A stretch of 64,000 nucleotides of DNA from a virus (Duplodnaviria; Caudoviricetes), in IMG/VR virus record IMGVR_UViG_3300017761_005636, positions 1-64,000 of that record; one strand, given 5' to 3'. The notes under the pieces were generated by a model that did no database searches, was not told the origin of the DNA, and saw only the letters and a list, made by a program, of their open reading frames with translations. The position numbers were made by a program, and so were the translations under genes. Numbering within the stretch: position 1 is the stretch's first letter; every line of letters begins with the position of its first letter. Positions 1-8,990 of this stretch are shown here, in pieces.

Positions 1-1833
1 GAAGATACTGATATTGAATTCGATGATGAAGAATCTGATGAAGAATCCGATGAAGATGAATTCATGGATGTTGAAGTTGATGATAAAGTATTAGCAGAAA
101 ATAACAATAGATTTAAAAATACAAAAGTAATGAAAAATAATAGAAAAGAGGCTCTTAAAGATTTAAGAGATGTTAGTTTTAATAGACTTGTTGAGGCATA
201 TTACAATATGAATGAAAGTGATGCCTTTATTGTCAAAGAAGAAAAATACATGGATGAAATGAATTACATGCATGAAATGGATTACATGGACGAGCCAGAA
301 GAAGATGATAATGAAATGGATTACATGGACGAGCCAGAAGATGAGGATAAAATGATGGATGAAATGAATTACATGGATGAAATGTATGGCATGGATGAAA
401 TGAATTACATGGATGAAATGGATTACATGGATGAAGAAGATACTCTTTATGAAGTTAATTTCCCTAAAAGTGAACCATCATCTTTAACTGATGACGAACT
501 TAATGAAATGCTTGCTGACATGGATATGGAAGAAGGAATGGATATGGAAAGAGGAATGGATATGGAAGAAGGAATGGATATGGAAAGAGGAATGGATATG
601 GAAGAAGGAATGGGTATGGAAAGAGGAATGGGTATGGAAAGAGGAATGGATATGAGAGGTAAAATGGGTATGGAAAGAAATAAAGGAAATCGTAATGATG
701 ATTTTATGGAAAAAGATATGTTTGAAGACCTTACTATGGAAGAACTTGAAGAAATTAAAGAAATGCTTGATGGAGATGATATGTCATCTGAAGGTTCTCA
801 TCAAGGTAAAATGCATAGCCCAAAAGATGATTTTTCGAGTGAAGAAGATATTGAAAGAATGATTTCTGAAATGGAAGCAGATGAAATGGAAGAATCAAGT
901 TTAAGAAATCAAGCTACCAAGAAAAACCGTGGTAATCGAGGTGCTATGCCCCCTAGTGGTAGACCTCATCGTCAATCAGGAATTCTTGAAGAAGAAATGA
1001 TGGATGGAGATGAAGAACAACTTGATGAATTTTTTAGTGGCTTAAAAGGTGCTTTTGGACAAGCTGCTGCTGGTATTAGTAAACTTGGTTCAACAGCTAA
1101 ACAAGCTGTTGGTAAATATGCTGCCGAAATTGGACAAGCATATAATAGTGCTGAAGTTAGTAATGAAGTTAAAAAACTTGAAACTCTTGCAATGAATTTG
1201 GGTAAACAAGTTGGTGCTTTAAATTCCAGACTTCAAAAAGCAGGAAAACAACCATTACCTGCTGCTAGTTTGCTTATGACACTTACTAATCAAATTAGAA
1301 GTGGTGGTAATATTTCACTTGCAAGTAAAAATATTGGGCAAACACAAGCACAACCACAAGGTCAAGCACAAGGTCAAGCACAAGTACAAGAAGAAATTGA
1401 AGAATTACAAGAACAACTTAAAAAAATTAAACAAGAAAAAACAAATCTTCAAGAAGGGTTTGTAAATAAAGTTAAATCATTAGAGAATAAAGTCTATGAT
1501 GTAACAATTAGTGCATTGAAAGCAGGATTTGTAAACAAGTTTTTACTTGAGCATCCTTTAAGAGAAAACGAAAAATTAGAAATTATTCATCGTTTCTCAA
1601 ACGCACAAACTAAAGAACAAATTAAAGAAACTTATATTTCATTAACAAATGAGTTTGCAAAAGGGCAAACAGTTAAAGATGGTTCAATGTTGAATGAATC
1701 AGTACAAAATAAAGTTGGTAAAGTTCATAGAACTGACAATGCAGTTGTTAGAGAAAAGAACTTAATGAACGAAAATGATGAATCCAATAGGTTTAAACAA
1801 TTGCTTAACTATAATTTTAATAAGAAAAAATAA
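1..1833 (+). CDS. prohead core scaffolding protein (T4 gp22-like), 5'-truncated by the window
   Basis: Frame is open from base 1 (EDTDIEFDDEES...) into the ORF at 64. Extremely acidic low-complexity N-part, coiled coil, conserved-looking C-terminal block (L..KAGFVNKFLLEH.L...EKLEII.RF..A.T...IKETY..L) and terminal RFKQLLNY helix. Lies directly upstream of the major capsid gene. Confidence 0.7.
   Translation, partial: EDTDIEFDDEESDEESDEDEFMDVEVDDKVLAENNNRFKNTKVMKNNRKEALKDLRDVSFNRLVEAYYNMNESDAFIVKEEKYMDEMNYMHEMDYMDEPEEDDNEMDYMDEPEDEDKMMDEMNYMDEMYGMDEMNYMDEMDYMDEEDTLYEVNFPKSEPSSLTDDELNEMLADMDMEEGMDMERGMDMEEGMDMERGMDMEEGMGMERGMGMERGMDMRGKMGMERNKGNRNDDFMEKDMFEDLTMEELEEIKEMLDGDDMSSEGSHQGKMHSPKDDFSSEEDIERMISEMEADEMEESSLRNQATKKNRGNRGAMPPSGRPHRQSGILEEEMMDGDEEQLDEFFSGLKGAFGQAAAGISKLGSTAKQAVGKYAAEIGQAYNSAEVSNEVKKLETLAMNLGKQVGALNSRLQKAGKQPLPAASLLMTLTNQIRSGGNISLASKNIGQTQAQPQGQAQGQAQVQEEIEELQEQLKKIKQEKTNLQEGFVNKVKSLENKVYDVTISALKAGFVNKFLLEHPLRENEKLEIIHRFSNAQTKEQIKETYISLTNEFAKGQTVKDGSMLNESVQNKVGKVHRTDNAVVREKNLMNENDESNRFKQLLNYNFNKKK
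250..438 (+). repeat. in-frame 18-nt tandem repeats encoding MDEM(N/D)Y
   Basis: atggatgaaatg(a/g)attac units at 250, 268, 355, 373, 391, 409; 27-nt exact duplication at 274-300 and 313-339. Confidence 0.9.
520..681 (+). repeat. in-frame 18-nt tandem array, 9 units, encoding M(D/G)ME(E/R)G
   Basis: Units at 520, 538, 556, 574, 592, 610, 628, 646, 664; the first five alternate EEG/ERG, giving a 36-nt higher-order period. Confidence 0.95.
1339..1389 (+). repeat. CAA-NNN repeat encoding a Q-x linker (QTQAQPQGQAQGQAQVQ)
   Basis: 6-nt periodicity read directly. Confidence 0.8.
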
Positions 1834-1850
1834 AAAACAGAATTTTTCTT

Positions 1851-1858
1851 ACTATTTA
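1851..1858 (+). promoter_or_regulatory. putative late promoter ACTATTTA upstream of major capsid gene
   Basis: Motif 18 nt before ATG 1877; recurs before many structural genes. Confidence 0.65.
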
Positions 1859-1876
1859 AATTAAACAAAAAAAATT

Positions 1877-3652
1877 ATGTACGGAATTACCGAAATTTTA
1901 AATTCAGGAAAAGTTGGACAGGAGTACAAGCAACTTCGTGAACAACGTGAATTGATTACCGAAAAATGGAATCAATTCGGATTGCTAGATGGCCTTGAGG
2001 GGTCTATGGCAGAAAACATCGCTCAGTTATATGAGAACCAAGCGTCTTACCTAATCAATGAATCAACTGATGCTACATCTTCAGGTTCATTTGAGACAGT
2101 TGCGTTTCCAATCATCAGACGAGTTTTCCAAAAATTGCTTGCAAATGAAATCGTATCAGTTCAGGCTATGAATATGCCAATTGGTCGTTTGTATTTCATT
2201 AACCCTAAAATCTCTGTTAGAACTAACAATAACACCCAACATAGTGCATTTGATGGTGTTTATTCTAATGCTGCTGCTAACTATAATTCAACTTTCCCTT
2301 ATGCAAAATCAGCAGGTACTACTTACCAAACCACTTCATTGTATGATTCATTCTACAATAATGGTAGTGATTTTGATGATATTGGTGGTCTTTTTGACAG
2401 AACTAAAGGTAGAGTTAATCCTAGGTCTATTGCTGCTGCTACAATCGTTTCAGGTACTCCAGGTGGTGCAAATGGTTCACCAAGAGTTTTAGTTAAATTC
2501 TCAGGATTTACTATTACCAATGAAGGTAAGTTATCAGGCCCAATTGGTAGCCCTGTTGATACTGAATCATTCTTAATGAGTTTAAAAATTACAGCAACTT
2601 CTGCTTTAACTTCTCAGGCTGATGGTTCAACTATCATTGCAGCAGGTGACCCAATTCCTTTTAGACTTCCAATGCAAGCTTATGCAAAAGAAATCGTTGC
2701 TAAAGGAACTGATTATATTATTGTTGAGTTAATTCTTAACTCACCTATAAGTGGTGGAACAGTTTATGGTTCAAATACTTATGGTACAGGTACTTTTACA
2801 GGTTTAAAATCTGCGGCTGCATTTACTGCTGCTAACCTTACTGCTACTTGGAAAGAATACTCTTCTATGGAAGAAGATGCTGAAATTCCTCAAGTAACCT
2901 TTACTTTTGATTTCATTGACGTTTCTGTTGAAAAGAGAATGTTGGGTGCTACTTTCACTCCTGAACTTCAGCAAGACGTTAACGCTTTCCACTCAATTGA
3001 TGTTGAGGCTGAATTAACTGCTCTTCTTTCTGAGGTTGTTTCGGGTGAAATTGATAGAGAAATTCTAAGAGACCTTCGTAAATCTGCTTCACATGTTGAA
3101 GTTTTTGATTACGCAGCATTTGATAGAAGATTTAATAATGTTGGTGCAGGTTTTGCAATTACTCGTAAAGATTACAACCAAGAGTTGATTACTAAGATTA
3201 ATCAAATTTCTGCTCGTATCATGAAATTTACTCTTCGTGGTGGTGCAAATTGGGTTGTATGTTCTCCTGAAATTGCTGCTGTTCTTAATGACCTTGAGTA
3301 CTTCCATGCTACTGATGCTTCTGCTGAAGAAACTAAGTTCTCTTTAGGTATTGAAAAAGTTGGTTCAGTTGCTAACAGATACACAGTATATGTTGATGCT
3401 TATGCTCCTGCTGGTGTTGTTCTTGTAGGACACAAAGGAGATTCAATCTTCCACGCAGGTTACATCTACGCTCCATATGTACCGTTGATGCTTATGCCTA
3501 AAACCATTAACCCTGCTGACTTCAAACCTGTAATGGGCATCATGACTCGTTATGCGAAGAAAGTTGTTAACAACAGGTTCTATGGTAAAGTATTGGTACA
3601 AGGTTTACCAAGTGCTTCTCCTTCTGAATTCATGTTAGATACAATTAACTAA
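1877..3652 (+). CDS. gp23: major capsid protein, T4 gp23 family
   Basis: Motifs EKW..GLLDGL, LYENQASYLINE, AFPIIRRVF, VSVQAMNMPIG, PELQQDVNAFHSIDVEAELTALLSE, GYIYAPYVPL, MGIMTRYA. Confidence 0.95.
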   Translation: MYGITEILNSGKVGQEYKQLREQRELITEKWNQFGLLDGLEGSMAENIAQLYENQASYLINESTDATSSGSFETVAFPIIRRVFQKLLANEIVSVQAMNMPIGRLYFINPKISVRTNNNTQHSAFDGVYSNAAANYNSTFPYAKSAGTTYQTTSLYDSFYNNGSDFDDIGGLFDRTKGRVNPRSIAAATIVSGTPGGANGSPRVLVKFSGFTITNEGKLSGPIGSPVDTESFLMSLKITATSALTSQADGSTIIAAGDPIPFRLPMQAYAKEIVAKGTDYIIVELILNSPISGGTVYGSNTYGTGTFTGLKSAAAFTAANLTATWKEYSSMEEDAEIPQVTFTFDFIDVSVEKRMLGATFTPELQQDVNAFHSIDVEAELTALLSEVVSGEIDREILRDLRKSASHVEVFDYAAFDRRFNNVGAGFAITRKDYNQELITKINQISARIMKFTLRGGANWVVCSPEIAAVLNDLEYFHATDASAEETKFSLGIEKVGSVANRYTVYVDAYAPAGVVLVGHKGDSIFHAGYIYAPYVPLMLMPKTINPADFKPVMGIMTRYAKKVVNNRFYGKVLVQGLPSASPSEFMLDTIN

Positions 3653-3676
3653 TCTAATTTAGAATAAAAAATTAAG

Positions 3677-3704
3677 AGGGTGGATTTATTCCACCCTTTT
3701 TTTT
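3677..3704 (+). terminator. Rho-independent terminator after the capsid gene
   Basis: agggtgga-tttat-tccaccct stem followed by a T run. Confidence 0.9.
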
Positions 3705-3706
3705 AT

Positions 3707-3714
3707 ACTATTTA
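3707..3714 (+). promoter_or_regulatory. putative late promoter ACTATTTA
   Basis: Immediately after the terminator, 9 nt before ATG 3724. Confidence 0.6.
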
Positions 3715-3723
3715 CAATAAAAA

Positions 3724-4122
3724 ATGATTAAGATAACATACTCAAAAAAACTTGATGATTTAAATCCTGCTAAATTTAAGCATATATCGACATTTTTAAA
3801 ATTTTGTAGAGATGAGTTAGATATAACAAATGACATACAAGTTTTTTTAATGAGGAAAGAAAATCATTTAAATATAACAACAGGAGGTTATAATCCAACG
3901 GATAAATGTGTTTATATTATTTTTCAAAAAAGACAAATTGCTGATGTATTAAGAACAATTGCACATGAACTTGTTCACCAAAAACAAGATTTGCAAGAAA
4001 AAATTGTTGGTGATATACCTGACATTGGAGGTGTAATAGAGGATACTGCTAATGCTCTTGCAGGTAGATTAGTTAAGATGTATGTAAAGAAATTTGAGGC
4101 TAGAGAAATTTACTCTCTATAG
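3724..4122 (+). CDS. small HExxH zinc metallopeptidase-like protein
   Basis: LRTIAHELVHQKQ plus downstream IEDTAN (likely third-ligand Glu). Confidence 0.7.
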   Translation: MIKITYSKKLDDLNPAKFKHISTFLKFCRDELDITNDIQVFLMRKENHLNITTGGYNPTDKCVYIIFQKRQIADVLRTIAHELVHQKQDLQEKIVGDIPDIGGVIEDTANALAGRLVKMYVKKFEAREIYSL

Positions 4123-4403
4123 ATTATAAATGCACTTATTCCTTGTGACAAAAATATATAATACCAAGGTATAGAAAGATAAAGTGAAAATATTAAAAAT
4201 ATAAAAAAACAAACCCATACTGAAAAACATTTAATGCATGTTCCAAGAGGTTTTGCTAATTTTTTTGATATTGGTTCTACATATTTTAATAATAAAATAT
4301 AATACCAATCTAATATATTTCCTTCATTAAAGGAAAAGTCAGCCACTTTGGTTATCTGAGCAGAGCAGAAACCAATTACAATTGATAAAAACAAATTTTC
4401 CAT
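4110..4403 (-). CDS. small membrane protein with CxxC (DUF1360-like)
   Basis: Hydrophobic segments; KPLGTCIKCFSVW resembles the DUF1360 L.TCPWC.SVW motif. Confidence 0.55.
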   Translation of the reverse strand: MENLFLSIVIGFCSAQITKVADFSFNEGNILDWYYILLLKYVEPISKKLAKPLGTCIKCFSVWVCFFIFLIFSLYLSIPWYYIFLSQGISAFIIYRE

Positions 4404-4474
4404 TATCTTCTAGGTCTTTTGATAATTACTGATGGTTTTTTAGTGCCACCACATCCACAACTTTTATTTTCCAT
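4403..4474 (-). CDS. 23-aa basic CGC peptide MENKSCGCGGTKKPSVIIKRPRR (absent from the ORF track)
   Basis: Hand translation; ATG 2 nt after the previous stop, TAATG overlap with the next ATG; fills the gap exactly. Confidence 0.65.
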   Translation of the reverse strand: MENKSCGCGGTKKPSVIIKRPRR

Positions 4475-4475
4475 A

Positions 4476-4970
4476 TTAAATCATATTTTTTAAGTTATCA
4501 GGCAATCTATAATCTTTTACATATGTTGCTGTAACATCATTATAGAATGCTTTATAGTTATACATTTGATTAGCTGTTTTTAAATTAGTTACTGTATTAA
4601 TTTCATAAAATCTTTTAGTATTATTATCATCATATGAAAAATAATCACCTCTTTTAACATCAATACCTAATTTTTCCAATTCATCAATATAAATACCTAA
4701 TTTAAGTGTTTCAACATTTTCATTAACTAACATACTACCGCCAATTTTTGTTTTTTCTCTAGGTGGTATTGAAATATAAACATTTAGTTTGTAAGGGCCA
4801 AGAAATTCTTTTTCATTTGGCATGCTTTCACCATATATATCTTTTTTTGATTCAACTATATTAATTGAATAGAGATATATTGAAATACCCATATCATCTG
4901 CAATATATTCCTTAGACATTCTAATGTCAGCTTCAAAATCTTTTTGATTATAAAATGAAGTTCTATTCAT
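4476..4970 (-). CDS. neck/head-closure protein (T4 gp14-like)
   Basis: EYIADDMGISIYLY...DIYGES; GDYF..D..RFYEI; follows the gp13-like gene. Confidence 0.55.
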   Translation of the reverse strand: MNRTSFYNQKDFEADIRMSKEYIADDMGISIYLYSINIVESKKDIYGESMPNEKEFLGPYKLNVYISIPPREKTKIGGSMLVNENVETLKLGIYIDELEKLGIDVKRGDYFSYDDNNTKRFYEINTVTNLKTANQMYNYKAFYNDVTATYVKDYRLPDNLKNMI

Positions 4971-4973
4971 GGT

Positions 4974-6098
4974 TTATTTCCAAATTATACCTGTTTGAGG
5001 TGGAGTATATTGTAATACTTTATTTAAGTTTTCACCAATAATTGCTTTCTTTTCCATTATTTTAGCATATGTAAATTCTGATAATTGGTCAATAAGTTCT
5101 TTAAATATTAAATCTTTTTCCTTTTCATAATCATCGGCAAAGTACTTGTAATCAATCTCCAAAGTATCATCCCTTGTTGGTAGTTTAACTTTACCTGATG
5201 ATTTTGCCCAAATGGTTGCAAGATATTTTTTAATATATGCTACTGCTAATCTTCTAACTTTATTTTTAGAAGGTGCATTTAAATTATCCCATTTTTTAAT
5301 TCTAATAGGAACATCAGATGGTAATTTAACAACATCTTCATTCTCTTCTAAACATAAATCTCTTTGGTTATTATCTAATGTATCATAATAAAAGTACCAT
5401 ACTTTAGCACCATCTTGTGTTTTACCAAATTTACCTACAATTTCATCTCTACTACCAGGAATTGGATATAGATATAAATTTTTTGTTTTATTTGGACCAG
5501 GAGTTATTCGATATGTTAATTCACTTTGAATAATCTTTTTCTTTTGTAATCTATCCATAGTGGATAGGATTAGTGAAAATGATGGTAACATAGTTTGTGC
5601 AGGTGTATTACCATAATACCAACCCGAAGGTGCGCCAAACCAACCACCACCTATACCAATTGGGTCAAGAATATTAGTTGCAATTTGAGATGGTGTATAC
5701 CAAAGAACTTCATTAATTTCTCTTCCTGAAGGGATTGAATATACTTGAGTATTAGCTGAAATAGTTACAAAATCACTTTTAAGTTCCCAATCACCTAATG
5801 TAGAGATACCTGTTTGTTTTCCATATGCAATGGCAAATGATTTTTCAAAATCTAATGATTTTGTTGTGAATGCTTCTACAAAGTTAGCTGAACCAATATC
5901 TAATCCTTCCAATGAAGACCATTGTTGTTCTATTAACCAATTATCCAAATAAGAGATATAGTCTTCTAAAGCCATTTCAACATGAGTATCAATAATATCT
6001 TCTGTAACCCAATCTCCGTAATCACGGACAGGTTCACCTATTGATACTCTAATTTGCCTATAAAGTTTTTGTTGCTCTTGTGAATCTTTAAAAATCAT
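4974..6098 (-). CDS. neck protein (T4 gp13-like head-tail adaptor)
   Basis: LYRQIR..IGEPV...IID..VEMALEDY; central LYLYP.P; C-terminal L..R.LA.A..K..LA.IW.K...G.V.LP pattern; near capsid genes. Confidence 0.65.
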   Translation of the reverse strand: MIFKDSQEQQKLYRQIRVSIGEPVRDYGDWVTEDIIDTHVEMALEDYISYLDNWLIEQQWSSLEGLDIGSANFVEAFTTKSLDFEKSFAIAYGKQTGISTLGDWELKSDFVTISANTQVYSIPSGREINEVLWYTPSQIATNILDPIGIGGGWFGAPSGWYYGNTPAQTMLPSFSLILSTMDRLQKKKIIQSELTYRITPGPNKTKNLYLYPIPGSRDEIVGKFGKTQDGAKVWYFYYDTLDNNQRDLCLEENEDVVKLPSDVPIRIKKWDNLNAPSKNKVRRLAVAYIKKYLATIWAKSSGKVKLPTRDDTLEIDYKYFADDYEKEKDLIFKELIDQLSEFTYAKIMEKKAIIGENLNKVLQYTPPQTGIIWK

Positions 6099-6104
6099 TA
6101 TGAC

Positions 6105-6575
6105 TTATTTATTATAAATAGTCATGATATCATCTATGTTTTTTAATTCATTCACTTCTTCAATCTTTTCTACAATCTCATTTTTAGGTTTTTTAGATGT
6201 AGTTGTTACACCACGAAGAGAATTAATCTTTTTACTGATTGTTTCTTCAAGTTGTCTTTTTTCTTGTTCAACTTTTTGATTTAATTCATTAATCATTTTT
6301 TCTTTTTCCAAGAATGTATTTTTGATTTGAACCAAAATGTTAAAAAGTTCATCGGTGTGTTCAACATTTTTTAAAAGAAATTGATAGATATTATATTTTC
6401 TACCATTATCTTCAAATGTCTTTTTTGGATTTTCCAATATGTAAACCTCATTTTCATCATAAAATGGTGTTATATCCCAATCAGATGGGAATGATACATA
6501 TAAATCGACAAAATCATCAAAGTTGATTTGTACGATGTATTCTCTTAATTCTTCAATTATTTTTTTAAATTTCAT
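6105..6575 (-). CDS. hypothetical protein with C-terminal coiled coil
   Basis: 156-aa ORF packed in an operon. Confidence 0.7.
   Translation of the reverse strand: MKFKKIIEELREYIVQINFDDFVDLYVSFPSDWDITPFYDENEVYILENPKKTFEDNGRKYNIYQFLLKNVEHTDELFNILVQIKNTFLEKEKMINELNQKVEQEKRQLEETISKKINSLRGVTTTSKKPKNEIVEKIEEVNELKNIDDIMTIYNK
6115..6122 (-). promoter_or_regulatory. putative late promoter ACTATTTA (minus strand) for the neck genes
   Basis: taaatagt on + strand, 16 nt upstream of ATG 6098. Confidence 0.6.
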
Positions 6576-6775
6576 AGTATGATAAATGTTAATAAATAAG
6601 TTATTGCTAAATAAAAATATTGTTTTTCTTTTTCAGTTAGTGATTCAGATAATTTTTCAATTTTTATTATACATCTTATAAAGATATATAAGACATAAAT
6701 ACTGAATATTAAAGAACCGCAGAATAAAAATATTGGTAAAAAATTACCTAAAAAAAATGTTATTAATTCTGTCAT
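6572..6775 (-). CDS. small two-TM membrane protein
   Basis: 67 aa, two hydrophobic stretches, overlapping start/stop with neighbours. Confidence 0.55.
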   Translation of the reverse strand: MTELITFFLGNFLPIFLFCGSLIFSIYVLYIFIRCIIKIEKLSESLTEKEKQYFYLAITYLLTFIIL

Positions 6776-7542
6776 TATATTATTATACCTCTTGAGGTTA
6801 TTATTTTCTTATTACTTTTTATTGTTCTTAATTTACTAATTCTATTAGTATTTATTAATTTTTGTTCTTTTGTGAGTTCAATTACTTCAGTTATTTTATA
6901 TATATTAGAATTAATAGCAACCACATCACCGTTTAATATATCAAAAGTTTTTTTAACTTTATTAATTTTTATTTTAAAATAATCTTTTAATGCATCTTGT
7001 TCTGTTTTAGAACATTCAAAAAATCTAAAGTCTCCTGTCAAAGCATTAAAAAAAGATATTTTCAAATAAAACGTATCAGCAGTTGTTGGTATAAAATACG
7101 ATGGAATATAAATATTCGTGTGTTCTTTAACGATTTTTTTGAAATAAAAATTTATGTCAGTTGTTGTAGCAGTATAAATTTTTGTTAATTTAACAAAATT
7201 TCTTGAAAGTAATAATTGATTTGTATTTGAGTAATTATCAAATAAATCAAATATATAAAAACTTTCATCTGTATAATTATTTCTTCCTGTTGTTCCTGTA
7301 AAACCTGCTGCTTCATAAGTTGCAGTATTATTGAAATATGGTCTTATTACAAAATCTTTACTTGGTTTGAAAGATATGTTTTCTTGGTCTTGATTTGTTG
7401 CTAAAGATTCTTGAATAACTTTTTCAATTTCTGAATTAATATATTTATAAATTGATTCACTTTTTGGGCCAAAATCATGCTGTTGATTTATGTCAATATT
7501 CAAAGTGTAACTACTTAAATCCTGTGTTGTAATACTTAACAT
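6775..7542 (-). CDS. hypothetical protein, probable virion structural
   Basis: 255-aa ORF coupled to neighbours in a late operon. Confidence 0.6.
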   Translation of the reverse strand: MLSITTQDLSSYTLNIDINQQHDFGPKSESIYKYINSEIEKVIQESLATNQDQENISFKPSKDFVIRPYFNNTATYEAAGFTGTTGRNNYTDESFYIFDLFDNYSNTNQLLLSRNFVKLTKIYTATTTDINFYFKKIVKEHTNIYIPSYFIPTTADTFYLKISFFNALTGDFRFFECSKTEQDALKDYFKIKINKVKKTFDILNGDVVAINSNIYKITEVIELTKEQKLINTNRISKLRTIKSNKKIITSRGIII

Positions 7543-8990
7543 ATAGTTTTTCTTTTAGGGGCAATTTTTATATTTGCTCTATTCAATTTAAAGTTTCTAA
7601 CCTCAAAATTAGTTGCAAAATCATTAAGCAATGAAACAGTATTTTTATCTGATAAATTTGGTTTTAAATAAAGATTAATATCATTAAAATAATAATGTTT
7701 ATTATTAATAAATGGTAAATCATAATTATTTGGGTCTCCATAAACCATTAAATCTCTCCAAACATATCTATTATTATCATAAATAGCATTTTCAGGTGGT
7801 GTTACAAAAGATAAAGTATTATCAAATGTTACATCATTTGTATTAAGGTATTTTTTTAATTCTATCTTATGAAATGGATTATATACAAAAGAAAAATCTA
7901 CCTTTATTGTATTATTTACAACAGTATATGTAAATGAAGAATAATAAAGATTTTGATAATCTTGAAAACTTAAATCAGATGGTGTATTTTGTACATATGT
8001 ATCTTCCAATGTTAATTGTAATATATATTCTTTTTTAACTGATTCATTAAATAAATAATTTGTTTTATCAAATTCAATCGTATTACCACTTAAAGTAGGT
8101 TTTGTTGTATCTAATAAAACTTTTTGATTATAATCACCATTACCCATATTAAGATAATTTCTTATAAATCTTAAATTTTTATTAATATTATCACTTGTTA
8201 TTTTTATATTATAATAACTTAAACAACTAATTAATTTATCATAAAAATATTTTCTAAATTCTGCTGCATTATAATTTGTACCATTTATAATAGTATTAGC
8301 GATATTCAATGTCATACCTGTTATTGAAAATCCGAATATTGTATTAGGATGTAATTCATTTAAATAATAATCGGTTGATAATACTTTTTCATAAGCTTCA
8401 TAGGTTGTCATATTTTTGGGAATAAATCCTAAATAGACATTATTATCATAAATAAAATCATTACCTAATCTAACTAATTTATTTGGGTCAACATTTATAT
8501 TATCAAATTTAAAATTATAAAGTTTTTCATTGTAAATATTTCTTGAAAAACCAAAATAACTTAATTTAAAACTATTATCATCTGTTATTGCTGTTAATAA
8601 TTCTGTATAAAAATAACTTGTTGCACTAATTGATGTGTTTGGATTTGTTGTTGCTGTTTTTGATATTTGAATATCAGTTAGTCTAAATAATTTTATATCA
8701 AAATAATCTTCAAAATTAAAACCTGTTGTTAGATAATCATCATTAAACATATCAACAATTTCAGTTGGCATTGTTTTTTTATTTCTCAAAAAAGAAACAT
8801 AATTTATATTACCATAAATCCTATAATTTTTTGAATCGTTTCTTTCTTTTGTAAATAAATCAGCTAAAGAAATAACTCTCGTATTATTAAATTCATTTAC
8901 ATCACTTAAATTTTGTTTTAATGATATATTTAAATTTAAATCCTCATCTTGAGCAAGTAAATATCTTTTATTAGGTTTTATGTGTTCCAT
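7536..8990 (-). CDS. hypothetical protein, probable virion structural
   Basis: 484-aa N/T/F-rich ORF (NYRIYG, WRDL, PFINNKHYYF). Confidence 0.6.
   Translation of the reverse strand: MEHIKPNKRYLLAQDEDLNLNISLKQNLSDVNEFNNTRVISLADLFTKERNDSKNYRIYGNINYVSFLRNKKTMPTEIVDMFNDDYLTTGFNFEDYFDIKLFRLTDIQISKTATTNPNTSISATSYFYTELLTAITDDNSFKLSYFGFSRNIYNEKLYNFKFDNINVDPNKLVRLGNDFIYDNNVYLGFIPKNMTTYEAYEKVLSTDYYLNELHPNTIFGFSITGMTLNIANTIINGTNYNAAEFRKYFYDKLISCLSYYNIKITSDNINKNLRFIRNYLNMGNGDYNQKVLLDTTKPTLSGNTIEFDKTNYLFNESVKKEYILQLTLEDTYVQNTPSDLSFQDYQNLYYSSFTYTVVNNTIKVDFSFVYNPFHKIELKKYLNTNDVTFDNTLSFVTPPENAIYDNNRYVWRDLMVYGDPNNYDLPFINNKHYYFNDINLYLKPNLSDKNTVSLLNDFATNFEVRNFKLNRANIKIAPKRKTIC

Noticed and set aside
250-681. 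Tandem repeats as a CRISPR array
   Set aside because: Units are 18 nt, in frame, without unique spacers, and lie inside a CDS; no cas genes.
2181-3384. Short ORFs 2181-2492, 2804-2992, 3089-3307, 3202-3384
   Set aside because: Alternate-frame or antisense shadows fully inside the capsid gene.
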